From Octopus sinensis (lineage: Eukaryota): a DNA stretch of 64,000 nucleotides. The stretch lies in contig NC_043001.1 of assembly GCF_006345805.1 (NCBI RefSeq), positions 1,612,001-1,676,000 on the forward strand, read 5' to 3'. Below the pieces are notes generated by a model that saw only the letters and a list, made by a program, of their open reading frames with translations, searched no databases and was not told where the DNA came from. Within the stretch, counting starts at the first letter, position 1. Every line of letters starts with the position of its first letter. The translations under genes were made by a program, and so were the position numbers. This document shows positions 1-12,533 of this stretch, piece after piece.

Positions 1-69
1 GTCGACCAAAAGTGGTGCTCCAGCATGGCTGCATTCAAATGACTGAAACAAGTAAAAGAATAAAAGAAT
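1..69 (+). mobile_element. 3' tail of abundant tRNA-derived SINE family
   Basis: gctccagcatggctgcattcaaatgactgaaacaagtaaaagaataaaagaat is the reverse complement of the module starting the SINE copies at about 19330, 24480 and 52320. Confidence 0.7.
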
Positions 70-129
70 GACCTAAATATGGAGGTAGTGTAACCCCAAA
101 GGACGATTTGGGGTACCTTTCATTCATTT

Positions 130-505
130 CTGGGTAACCCTGATGCACCAGCTGCATGCTGGTCAGTTATGAGACATCAGCTTTGGCCATGACCATGATT
201 TCACTTGGCTTGCTAGGTTTTCTCAAGCACAGCAAATTGCCAAAGGTTGCAGTCACTAGTCATTGCTTCAGTGAGACCCAACATTCAAAGATCAAGCTTC
301 ACCACCTCATCCCATGTCTTCCTGGGTTTACCTCTATCACAGGTTCCCACTACAATCAGAGATCAGCACTTCTTTAAACAGCTGTCCTCATTCATACGCA
401 TCACATAACTATACCAGTGCAGTCCTCTCTTGAACACCACATCTGATGCTTCTTATGTTCAACTTTCCTCTTAAGATGCTTATACTCTGTTGTACATGCA
501 CACTG
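130..505 (-). mobile_element. Decayed RTE LINE 3' coding fragment
   Basis: Reverse complement aligns by eye to the RTE C-terminal region at 27550-27780 (agaagcatcagatgtggtgttcaagagag...gaggacagctgt). Confidence 0.65.
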
Positions 506-518
506 ACTTTGCACATTT

Positions 519-816
519 GGGTGGAGTGAAAATTAAAAATTGTGGAAATTGAAAATGCCTGAGGACTAAAATGTTTTTATATTACTAGAAAAATGCTAAA
601 TTTTCACTGAGAGCAATTAAGAGTATTTACTCCCTCAAGCCCCCTAAACTTCAAAAATAGGTGACTTTTGTAAATTTTTGGCAATAGCAAAGTTTGTGGG
701 GTTCAAAGGAATAAATGTCTAAGCAAAAGTTTAGCATTTTTCTAGTAATAACATATAGCAAGATTTTAGGCCTCAGGCATTTTCAGTTTCTACAATTTTT
801 TTATTTCACTCCACCC
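519..816. mobile_element. MITE-like foldback element with long imperfect inverted arms
   Basis: gggtggagtgaaaattaaaaattgtggaaattgaaaatgcctgagg (519-) is inverted at about 765-816; inner arms (ttactagaaaaatgctaaa / tttagcatttttctagtaa) also pair; a third partial arm lies at about 865-900. Confidence 0.65.
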
Positions 817-1479
817 TAAATTACACAATCTATATATTCGCACACACATATACATGTGTGAGAGTGGAGTGGAAATAAAAAATTGAAAATGCCTGAGGCC
901 TGAAACCTCAACAGACTGCATGCATACGGCATAAAATACTGTCTCTTTGAGGTCCTTGTTGTGATTTGACAGAAAGTACAGGCCCCTGGTACAAGCAATA
1001 TCTTCAATCAACATCACAATATTGGATACTGTGTGACATCTTCAATAACAATAATCATAATAATCATAATAATAATTTCAAATTTTGGCACAAGGCCAGC
1101 AAGTACAGGGGGAGGGAACAAGTTGATTACATTAACCCCAGTGTTGAACTGGTACTTAATTTATCGACCCCAAAATGATGAAAGCAAAGTCGAACTTGAT
1201 GAAATTTAAACTCAGAATGGAAAGACAGGTGAAATGCCACTAAGCATTTTCCCCAGCATGCCAATGATTCTGCCAGAAAAATGCAAAAACCATGTTTAAA
1301 AATTATGAAGGGAGGAGCAACAAGTAAATGACATTAATAACTCTATTGAAGGGTGTATGAAGAGAACTTAGCTGTTATATTTTACCAAGTAAAACAAAGC
1401 TTAGAGCTGAACATCCTGAAGAACTCGGAGGAATAAGCAAAAACATGGGAAATGAAAATAATGAACAGCAACAGCAAAA

Positions 1480-1900
1480 AAGAATAAGAAACCCCAGTTT
1501 CTCAAGCACCATCAGCCAAAATTGTGGGTATGGCAAAGGAAATATCTTTTAAGAATGGCATCACAAACTCTCACCTGTATCCTCAATCTCATGTCTTTTG
1601 CCTCTACGCCATCTACAGGGCAGATCTGATATTGCTTTGTGAGCTTTGAGGATCATTAGGAATTGTAAGTCCATTTTGATGTCCCCTGATTAAAGCCACC
1701 TTTCGTTAAGCCTGCTTTCACCTTTCCTATACTATGACACAAAAATCACTACTAACCATGGGTCTACATGATGTCCAATGTCTCTAAATTGTGTCTTGTG
1801 TGCTTCTTTGACCCATGTACTGGGCTACAATTGTACAATCAGAGATAGCTTTGACAATTTCAGTCTGTGTTTTCACTGCATCTTCAGTTGTAAAGATACA
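1480..1900 (-). mobile_element. Highly decayed RTE fragment (endonuclease-RT linker)
   Basis: Minus strand catcatgtagacccatggttagtagtgatttt resembles caacatagactggtagttagtgacttt (QHRLVVSDF) at about 25530. Confidence 0.35.
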
Positions 1901-2254
1901 GCAAATAGTGTCGTTATGGCTTTTCCTTTTTGGCTGAGATAATTAACCTTCATGCGTGAGTGAATGCAGGGTATTGTAATCACTATGTATGTTTGTGTGT
2001 TTACAAAATTACTGGGAAACAGCTGAACGGATTTCTACCACACTTGGCAGGAATACTCAAAAGGTGAGTGGCTCGAAATGATGAACATTTGGTTTGATTA
2101 TCTTTCAAAAAAGAAGAAAAGAAAATCAGACTTCCAGACTTCTCGATAAGCAAGTTATGATTGTATGATCTCATTCTCTTTCTTTTTCATATGCATCGAT
2201 CTTCACCTATGAGAGTATAGATCATGGTGTACCTATGGGGTGTGTAGACACATG

Positions 2255-2371
2255 TGGATGGATGGATGGATGGATGGATGGATACATACACATATACATA
2301 CATACACACATACATACATACATACATACATACACATACATACACATACATACATACATACATACATACAT

Positions 2372-2428
<57 letters not shown>

Positions 2429-2475
2429 TACACACATACATACATATATACATACATACATACATACATACATAT
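2255..2475. repeat. Compound (GGAT)n/(TACA)n/(CA)n microsatellite
   Basis: Directly visible; source of the spurious MYVC/HTYI ORFs. Confidence 0.95.
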
Positions 2476-2899
2476 AGAAATAGATATGTGGCTGTGCATG
2501 TGTGTGTACAGTAATGGATTTGAGGGTTTCATTTATTTACGACTTGCTTTCTTAATTTCACTGGAGCATAAATACCTATAATGGTGATACTTAAAGAAAA
2601 AAATCGAAAACAATTGAACTTTAAAATTTCCTGATAAGCATGTTGTCATATTATTTTGTTCACTTTCTTTTTACATATGAATCGACTCCTGTCTGCATGT
2701 GGGTGCATACACACATAAATACATACATAGGTGTGTGTGTGTACAGTAATGGAATCAAAGGTTTTATTTATTTAGGAGTTGATTTCTTAATTTCACTGGA
2801 GTATAAATCCCTATGATGGTGATACATAAAAAAGAATAATTAATTCAGTTCAATTAAAAATCATGGATAAGCCACACTATAATTTGCAAAAACTTTTAT

Positions 2900-4500
2900 C
2901 TGCACACAGGGTATTCATTGCTTTTCCAATGCCTTCTTGTTTTCATTTCTTCTGTTATGTCCTGGACAACCTGTTATACTGCTTGATTTCAGGCAAAATT
3001 TAATCTGCTTCCATCTTTTCATAAGTAGAAAAATTATAGTTATTCTTTTCTTTAGCCTCTCTTGAATTATCTCTCGTGGCAAAAGAAAGGCTTTAAGGAT
3101 TTACAAAACTTTCTTATCTACATTTCTTTATCTTGTAGTAAGCCCTGTAGTTGTTGGTCATTTTTTCAAAGAGGTTTAAATCATCCAATTTAAAAAAGAT
3201 GATTTAGGTTTTTATCAAACATCTTTTAGCCATATTGTACATCATTGAGCATTCGAGAGAGGTATTAAGGCTAGTCTCAAGAGAAGTAATGATAGAGAGT
3301 CACCCTGGAAAATGCCACATGAAATTATTACATCGCCAGCATTGAGAGATTCATTGTCACTGTTCAAAGTCTGAGTGGTTCTCCAAGATCTCATACTTAC
3401 AGACAAGAAGTTTTGCAAAGTAGGTGCTATTTTATAAATTTCCAGACATTTCTTAATCCAGTTTTGTGGTAGACTATCAAAAGCTTTTTTTATAGTCTAT
3501 CCAAGCTATCAACAAGTTCTTGTGTCATTTGTGATAATCTTCCAAGATCATCTTATTGATGAGTAGCTGATCTTTACAACCATAGGACCCACGTTTACAT
3601 CCTTTTTGCTCATTAGGGAATATAAGACTTTCTTTTAAAAAACTATAGGTGTTTTCAGTCAAGACAGATGTTAGTATTTTATACATTGTTGTTAAGCAGG
3701 TTATGGGTCTATCATTTTTTGGTTCATTTGTTTCTTCATTTTTTGGAAGTAGGAATGTAATGCCATTAACTTGCTGAGAAGGAATCGTATTAGGTTGCTG
3801 CAAAACATTGTTGTAAAGTTCTGTTAGCAGTTCATGACTCTCTGACAAGGCATTCAACCAGAATTTAGGAATTTTATCCTTTCCTGGAGACTTCCATTTG
3901 CTTGACTTCTTGAGAGCAGATCTTAAATTTTCTACATTGATACCGTCCCACTTTTGCTCTTCTAAGGAGTCTAAGTCAGTAGATATTCTAAGAATCCAAG
4001 GGATGCTTTTATTGTGTATCTTTTCTTCTGCCCAGATTTTATTCCAAGATTCTTGCACTTCTTCTTTTGATGGGACAGACTTTACTGTAACAGGTATTTT
4101 CCTTATCTTTCCGTTAAAGATTTCTTGGGTTATTTTTGAACATGTTGTTGTCCTTGAAGAATCTAACCTGCTTTTCATACCATGCTATGGGGGCAGCTTT
4201 AGTAGATACCTTTATAGTTTCTATGGTGATATCGATGTCAAGGATGTTATACTTTTTCTTTAATTTTCAGATTTTTGTTGGTTTTGATATTCTTGTCAAA
4301 CTTAATGTTTTTTAAACATTCTATGTCAGACCTAAGTAACTGAATGTGGTGTTGAATACATTCTTGCCAAATAGGCTTTTTGTGAGAATGTTGTTCTTCT
4401 AATCTTTTCGCCACTTAGAGATCTTTGCAGATGCATAGTACAGGTGATTGAAATCGGCAACATCAACATCATTAGCTGAAATTATATCCTTAAGTGCAAG
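2900..4500 (-). mobile_element. R4/Dong-clade non-LTR retrotransposon relic (RT pseudogene)
   Basis: ORF 3525-4178: KWKSPGKDKIPKFWL, RPITCLTTMYKILTS, EQKGCKRGSYGCKDQLLINKMILED; continues out of frame with AWIDYKKAFDSL (about 3470-3510), GIFQGDSLS (about 3295-3325) and a LDDLNLFE YxDD-like motif (about 3165-3195). Confidence 0.8.
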
Positions 4501-5509
4501 GTAGATTATTATCATTATTATTATTATTATTATTATTATAATTATTATCATTATTATTATTTGGGCAGTAATTTGTTAGAACTGTTAGAGTACTGGAAAG
4601 AAAATTTTGTGTCATTTGTTTCAGTTCTTGACATCTTGAGTTCAAATCATGCCAAGGTCAGCTTTGCCTTTCACTTTTTTGAAGTGAATAAAATAAAATG
4701 CCAGTCAGTTTCTAGGTGCAATATAATTAACCATGCCCCTCCCTCCCTTCCTGCAAAACTGAGCTTCTTGCAGAAATTTGAAAGTTTCATCATCATTCTT
4801 CTTTTCCAAGCTATTAAAGTGGTCTGCTGCCAGAATTGTTACTGTGCTGGAACAAAATGCTTAGCAGCATTTCTTCTGAATTTTCTGTCTGAGTTCAAAT
4901 CCTGCTGAGGTTGATTTTGCGTTTCATCCATTCAGGGTTGATAAAATAAGTACCAGCTGAGCACTGGGGTCCATATAACTGATTTAGCCCCTCCCACAAA
5001 ATTGTTGTGTGCCAAAATTTGAAATCTTTGTTATTATTATTTGGAAGAAACTTTAAAATAAATAAAATAGCAGAGAGTCTGTCTGTTGATGTGCAACTAT
5101 GCTGCACACGCAAAACCAAATTACATTTTGAATTATAAGCAGCACTAATTATTGCTCTCACAATAAACAAAAGTCATAAAGTAACGATGTGACATCAATA
5201 ATGTTGACATCATTAGAGTTGCTTATAATTCAAAATGTAACTCGGTTTTACTTGTGCTGTTCTTTTGCACACTGCACCATTCAATACATACCACAAACCA
5301 GCAATTACGATTTATTCCAAGGTGGCACTGGTATTTGATGCCAAAGACTTGCAAGAACAGCAACTTCTTGATATCCATCTTTCTCAATCACTTTCAAGGT
5401 TAGTTGTCTAACCTGGTTTCAGTTATTCAGCATTTTTTTAACATTTGGTGTCTTAAAGCCCTTTTTTTCTTTTGCTTTTATCTTGTGCACTTTATGGTTG
5501 TCTGAACTA

Positions 5510-6828
5510 TCAGGCTGAGTAAAAGTTAAGCAACGTTTTGAAACTTGAAATTCGTCTCAATATATCTCAACACTGAGGAAATGTTATTCATCAAATTAAG
5601 AACCATTATAAACAACAGACTTTTGCCAATGACTTACAATTTTGTTTATTCCAGTAACATCAAAATCTGGAGTTTTGCAGCTGATGAACTCTTTGAATGC
5701 ACTTTCAACATCGGTTTGATTTTTGAACCCTTTCTCTCACAGGAAACCATGAAGGTGCTTGAAAAAGTGGTAGTCAGTAGGAGAAAGGTCTAGAGAATAA
5801 GATGGGTGGGGAAGAACTTCGTAGCCAAATTCCCTCAACTTCTGGAGCATCATTAGTTAAATGTGTGGTCAAGCATTGTCATGAAGAATGATTGGCCCTC
5901 TTTTGTTGACCAATATGGGATGGAAGAGTAGCAGTTTTTCATTCATTTTGGCAATTTCATGGCAATATGTTTCTGCAGTAATGGTTTTTCCAGGTTTTAA
6001 GAAGTTATAGTGGATGAGTCCAGCAGTTCACCACCAAACAGTCACCATCACCTTCTTTTTGAAGAGCTCAGGCTCAAGGAAGGTTTTCAGTGCTTCATTT
6101 TGCTCCAGTCACTGTGAGGAACGTTCTTCATTATTGCACATTTCATTGCAAGTTGCAATGCAGTTGAGAAATGGATTGGTCTGATTATGGAGAGGAAGTG
6201 ACAAGCAAATTTTACATCTGTACATTTTCTGATTTTCATTCAAATCCTGTGGTACTCATTTGTCAAGCTTTCTTGATTTTCCAATTGCATGCAAATAGTT
6301 GCAGGCAGTTCTTTGGCTAACTTGAAGATCTTTTGCCAGCTCACAAGTGGTTTTATGAGGATCTTTTACAATGACAGTCTTTAATTGACTGTCATCGATG
6401 ACAGGTGAGTGTCCAGGCTTTAATTGACTGTCATCGATGACAGGTGAGTGTCCACTCTGCTCATGATCTTCAAGGCTCAGGTTTCCACAGGGAAATCATT
6501 TAAACCATTATCAATCTGATCACTCACTGGTCATTTCCTCATCAAATGTTTTGATGATATTGCGAGCAGTTTCGGCTGCTTTAATTTTTTATTTGAAGTT
6601 GTATAGCAAAATTGAATGAATATCACACTTTGTGCCATTTCAGATGACTGTAATAATAGGGGGAAAAATATTAATGTTAATTTATTGATGAATTTGGGAA
6701 AATCTATGTCTGTATTATCACACAATTGCCAAAAAAAAAAAATGTTTAAAAAAAATTCAAAACTCTGAAAAAATCTGGTACAAATTCTTCATGGTTCAAA
6801 ACATTGCTTGCATTTTGACTCAACCTGA
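5510..6828 (-). mobile_element. Full-span but decayed mariner (Tc1/mariner) transposon
   Basis: Imperfect TIRs tcaggctgagtaaaagttaagcaacgttttg (5510-5540) and caaaacattgcttgcattttgactcaacctga (6797-6828), TA on both sides; minus-strand remnants KKVMVTVWW, FLKPGKTIT, LHDNA and C-terminal VESAFKEFIS; internal duplication of about 40 bp at about 6378-6454. Confidence 0.85.
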
Positions 6829-7259
6829 TATATAAATTCCCTGTATAAAGATCTTTCAGAAAGGTTAGATATTTCACCCACTTTTATCAACTTCTTTTTC
6901 AGTTCCTCAGACTGCTGGTTTAACTTAGGCATACTCAAATTAGCACCACTCATTTGAATAAATTTAATATAAGTTTTAATTAGCTGAGTGTCTAAGAATT
7001 AATTTGATTCTCATCCTAATTAATCTAACATACTGTTAAATAATTATTAATCCATACACTTACATCCTTAACCAACATACATTTAATTATGTATGGTTTA
7101 TATAAACCAGGAAATATTGTTTCTATAATTACGACCTGGAATGAAATACAAATTACTACACAGACTTTTGGAAACCCTTCAACTCTGCAACAGAAACGGT
7201 TTAGCTAATTATTGATTGAATCATTCATTTAGTTAAACAATAGCATTAGTCAGTGAACT

Positions 7260-7425
7260 GCAGGCATATTGGTATTGTAAAGAAGTTTGCTTCCCAACCG
7301 TAAAACTTCAGGTTCAGTCCTGTGGCTTGACATCTTGGGAAAGTGTTTTATACTAATGCCCTGGGCCAATAAAAAACTTGTGAGTGAATTTGATTAATGG
7401 AAACTGAAAGAAGCCTGTTATATGC
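7260..7425 (+). mobile_element. SINE 5' part (tRNA-like head and core)
   Basis: aagaagtttgcttcccaacc...ggttcagtccc...cttgggaaagtg...ttgtgagtgaatttg...ggaaactgaaagaagcc, the reverse complement of the module at 19515-19670 and 52527-52680. Confidence 0.65.
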
Positions 7426-7666
7426 ATGTATATATGAGTGTGTGTGTGTGTGCATTTGTATAGATGTTAGTGTGCATTTGTGTCTCTTTGTTGTGATCTC
7501 ACATTACAGTTATAAATAAGCATGACAATTTTATACAAGCAGCATTGGAAACAGGTGAGGGTTAGTGACAGGAAAGGCATCCAGCCAAAGAAAACTTGCC
7601 TTCATGAATTCCATCTGATGCATGCAAGCATGGAAAAGTGGATGTTAAAATCAAAATGATGATAAT

Positions 7667-7718
<52 letters not shown>

Positions 7719-8696
7719 ACACAGCTAGCTAGCTAGATGGATAGATAGCTAGATAGAAAGATAGCTAGATAGATAGAAAGATAGCTAGATAGAAAGATAG
7801 ATAAATAGATAGATAGACTAGCAAATAGACTAACGCGTATCGATATATCTCACAAGATTCTTGATATGAACCCATGTGTTGAAACAGATGTTATGATTTG
7901 GGAAGATCCTTCTGCCAATAAAGACACATACACTGATTATAGCTCATTTTTTTTTAATCAATGGTTTTGTTAAAATTTTTGCTTTAGATCTCATTGTCAA
8001 CAGGTGAGATATATTCTCTGTGACAAAATGCAGTGAGTAGCTTGTTCCCCTGTTCAAACGTGCATCAAGCATATTTGGATGGATAACAACATTGCATTTT
8101 CAAAGAGTTCTCAGAGAAATCATTGGAAAGGCTACAGATGTGTAATGAAAGCCTTTAGTAAATTCTCACTTAAGAAGTGAAAGTGAACTGCAGTCAGTAC
8201 ATGTGGTTATATTAGCAGAATGACGTCCCCACCTGTTGCCACCAGAACAAAATATACCAACATATCCCTCTGTTCCAAGCACAAAGCATTCTCTTCAGAG
8301 TTTGTAGATATTTCCTACCTCAAAAACTGCAAATACTTCACAAGGTTTACATGAGGACCACAAAGGAGTGAGGACCACAAAGGAGTACTGCTCTCCTTGT
8401 CTGGGCTAGACCCACTGCTGTCAAGGGCAGCATCTAGTGAAGAGCTACTGATACACACTTGATCATTAGAAGACACACTCCAGCCACTGACCAACAGCCA
8501 GACTTTTCTATTGTTAATATAATAACCATTGTTAAGGCAGTGAGCTGACAGAATCATTAGCATACCAGGCAGATTACTTAGTGGCATTTCATCCATCTCT
8601 AGGTTCGGTTTGCCAGTCCCCAGTCAAACTGTCCAAAACATGCCAGCATGGAAACCGAACGTTAAACAATGATGATGATATTATTTATGTGTATAT

Positions 8697-8728
<32 letters not shown>

Positions 8729-9079
8729 ATATATATATATATATATAATGTGACACCAGCATAGGAGCTATTTATGGTTGCCAGCATGGTTAATAGCATC
8801 CAGTACACTCTGTAAAGTGGTTGGCATTAGAAGGACATTCAGCTGCAGAAACCAGGTCAAAACAGATATTTGGCACACTGCTGCAGCTCTCTTACTCCCC
8901 AGCTCCTGTCAAGCCATCAGCATGGAAAACAGATGTTAAATGATAATGATTTGTATATACACGAACATACATACACATATATATATTTTTATTTTTATTA
9001 TTTTTATCTTATCTGCTTATTTAGTTTCAGTTCAAGGGCTGTGGCCATGCTGGGGCACTACCGCCTGCTTTGCTACACT

Positions 9080-11610
9080 TTCACTAAACTTCCTCTAATA
9101 TGTGGCATTTGGTGAATGAGGGAGTTTGATGTTTTTTGCCCTCATTTGTGTTTTCTTGCCTTGATGTAGGTTCATCTGAAACTCTTGATGGGAAGAGATC
9201 CAGTTTTGCTTTGAAAATGCTTATATCCATGCCATGCATATCTCTCAGGCTTTGTGAGAGGATATTGAAGAGCCGTGGGCCCATGAAGCCCAAGCTGTTG
9301 CACTATCTGGTCCTGTATCCTAATGGCATTGTTGGGATTTTGGGTACTAAGCTGTGGTTCCAAGTCCTGTTATTTGTGTAACTGACAATGCCAAAGTTTG
9401 GTACAAGTTCTTCGAGGATTTTCTAGATGTATATTATTGTGTATTTTTTCCAGCCTCAGTCAGTCTTCTTTGTGTTGTTTCACTGGATTGTTTTAAGTTC
9501 TGTTGTTAATTTTACAAAGATTGCTAACTACAGCTGTGAGCAGTAATCCTGATGGCTGAGAACGAAATTCCTCCAGAGGACCATCATGGTTTCCTGTTCC
9601 CTCATTTTAAAAGTTTAAAAAGATCTATCCAGCCAAGCGTCTGCATTTTATTGCCAACTGGGTAATAAGCACCTAGAAAGGTGCATCATTACTCATGTCA
9701 ATGCCCAGGTCGTGTACTGATTTGAATTCAGGGATTACAATCCCTCCTGGGGCAGTGTATCCTGTCTGCTTTCCATTAAGCTTCCTGTTTTGGTAGTGCA
9801 GGGCTTGGAATTTTCCAGCATTAAACTGCATGTTATTTTCCTCAGCCCACCTGTATATTGTATCCAACTCACGTTGCAGACGCAGGTCTGCATGGTTCTG
9901 TATCCTCTGAAAGACTTTTGTATCATCTGCATAGCTAGCAGGAGTAGCTACCTGAGCAGCTGAGGGCATACCAGAGAGGATCATAATGAATAGCAGTGAA
10001 CCCCAAGACAGTGAGTGCCCTGTGGAACACCTTTCATTATTTGTGTTTTTCCTTGGAGGTGGCCCTGTTGGTCACCACTACCTGATTTCTATATTTTAGA
10101 AAGTCATGTAGCCATTCTCCAAGTTTTCCAAATATGCCAAGATGACGCAGCTTGTGCCAAATCATACCATGGTTAATTTTGTCAAAGGATTTTGCAAAAC
10201 TGAGTCATGTCATGTCCCCATTTGAGTTGTTGAGCAGCTGCTTTAGTGCCCAGTCATGATGCTGCAAGAGCTGTGTCAGGCAGCTTCTACCCAGTCAAAA
10301 ATCATGCAGAGTGTCAGTCTGCAAGTCATTCTCGTCAAGGAATGCAATTGATTTCCTTCCGACTATTTGATCCATGACTTTGCTGATGTGTGAGGTCAGA
10401 GAAAGAAAGGCTATATTTTTTAGCATCTGCTCTGCTTCTTCCTTTATGGACAGGGAATATTATTTCATCATTTAGTTTGTCCGGGAGCTTACCATTTGTG
10501 AGGAAGCTCTGAAAAAGAAGCTGCTGTGATAAGGACTTGTTTGCATGACTCGAGAAAGGATTGTTGAAAACCTATCAGAGCCAGTGGCTGAGTTTTCATT
10601 TATTGCTAGTATTACATCCTCTTCTTCGATGTTGATGGAATCAATTGTTACTGCTTCCTGTTTATCTTCTGTAGAGGCAAAGAATTCTACATGTTTGTTA
10701 ACTTGCATGTGCTGTAGGAGTGAGGTGAAGGCACTTTGGAACTGTTCATTCAGTGTTTCACTTATCCTCATTGTGTTTCCCCATGAGGGAACCATCTTTT
10801 TGAAGGAGTGGCCTTACCCTGCAATGCACAGAGGCAGTCTCCTTGGTGTACCTAAAGAAGGCTCAAGGGTCTGATTTTATATTTCTTATGACTCAGGCTT
10901 CTTTTTCTGGTTTTTCCTTGTCATGGGAGTCCTTCAGTTGTTTCTCCAGCAATGCTGTTTCCAGGAAGGGTTTCTCACTGCTGTTGAGTTCTCTGTTGAG
11001 GCAGTTTGCAATCTTTGTATGCCATCTCATGAGAACTTTTCTCTCCCTGAGAATCTTGTTTTTATGTGCAGTGGCCCTTCTCTCTGGGACAAAATTGTAG
11101 CATATGGCTTGCATTATGGACATGAAGGCTTTCAATTTCATGCCTAATTCAGGTGTAGAGAGACATTGGGACCAATCCCATTCAGTGATCTCTTAATTGA
11201 TTTCCTGTCTGCTTTGTGGTAGTTCAAACTGGATAGATTTTGGGTGCTTCTCATAAGCTGCATGACTGTGGGATCCTTTGGTCCATACATTATACTATGA
11301 GCCGAGACTAGAGTTGGTGTCACACATTATGGGTGAGCTTCTATATTGTTTGTGAAGTAGAGAACTAGTATATTATTTGCTTTGGTTGGTTGGAGTATTA
11401 TTTGCTCCATATATAACCTGTTGGTGAGGTTGAGCAGGAATTCCACCTGACTTTGCTCACTTCACGTCATTCCTAGAGGAAAAGGCCTTCAGGTCATTCC
11501 ACACTGGGCAGATTAAAGTCTGCCCATAAGAAGTACACTGACACGTACTTCTAATTTGGTTCAGATCTCTTCTGTTCTTGCAAGGCAGTCTTCGAAAAGG
11601 CAGATGTGAT
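9080..11610 (-). mobile_element. CR1/L2-group LINE relic (EN-RT pseudogene)
   Basis: YADDTKVF and WAEENNMQFNAGKFQALHY (ORF 9673-9984); C-terminal GPRLFNIL...FKAKLDLF (9084-9293); FDKINHG-type RT motif about 10170-10200; endonuclease remnants about 11250-11450; many stops and frameshifts. Confidence 0.8.
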
Positions 11611-11614
11611 TTGG

Positions 11615-11646
<32 letters not shown>

Positions 11647-11649
<3 letters not shown>

Positions 11650-12486
11650 TTTTACTTTTTTACCCGTTTCAATCATTTGAGTATGGCCATGCTGGAGCAC
11701 TGCCTAAGATAGATATATATCAATATATATAAATACAAGGGTAAAAACTATTAAAATAATTTACACTAGTGGTTAGTATGCATAATAAAAGTCAGAAGAC
11801 AAATATTTTTTAACAGAGTGTATAAAAATTTATACGTGGTGACAAGACCAGCATGTAGACTTCTTACATTCTAAAAGGGCAGTAAATCACAAACCAAGAA
11901 AATACATTCTTATTGCTTTTTTGTGGTTTGGGATTTGACTGCCCTTTTAGCATGTAAGAAGTCTACATGCTGGTCTTGTCTCCATGTATACATTTTTATA
12001 CACTCTTATATATCAATATATATATATATATGAATTAAATTAGAGATAAAACCACTATTAGGCAAATCAAACAAGGAAAAACATAAACCAAAATATAAAA
12101 ATAAAAATAATTAATATAATATACAAAATATATAAAATACTTTTTATCTTATATCAAAATTTTTAATACTTTTTGATAGTTATATATATTTAATATATAT
12201 AAAAAAATTAAATAAATAAATAAAAAAATAAATAAATAAAAATTTATAAATATAAATTGATAATTTTAATTTTAAATTTAAATAATTTAAATTTTTAAAT
12301 TTTATATTTTATATATTTTGTATATTATATTATTTTTATTTTTATGTTTTAGTTTATGTTTTTCATTGTTTGATTTGCCTAATAGTGGTTTTATCTCTAA
12401 TTTAATTTATATTGATACTGTGAAATTAGATTTAATCCTAAGTCTAATTTTTCCCTGTAAGTTTGGAGTTACTCCCTAATATTATC

Positions 12487-12533
<47 letters not shown>

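Noticed and set aside
555-605. CTGAGGA...GAAAA in the foldback arm
   Set aside because: No proper helix II closure, helix III or cleavage site
2187-2581. Long ORFs such as MYVCMY.../IHTYIH... here and at 14.5, 16.8-17.8, 51.5 and 59.4-60.2 kb
   Set aside because: Translations of stop-free microsatellites, not genes
8315-8596. 93-aa minus-strand ORF with a donor-like end
   Set aside because: Begins in a repeat, contains a 17-bp frameshifting tandem duplication, and has no recognisable domain
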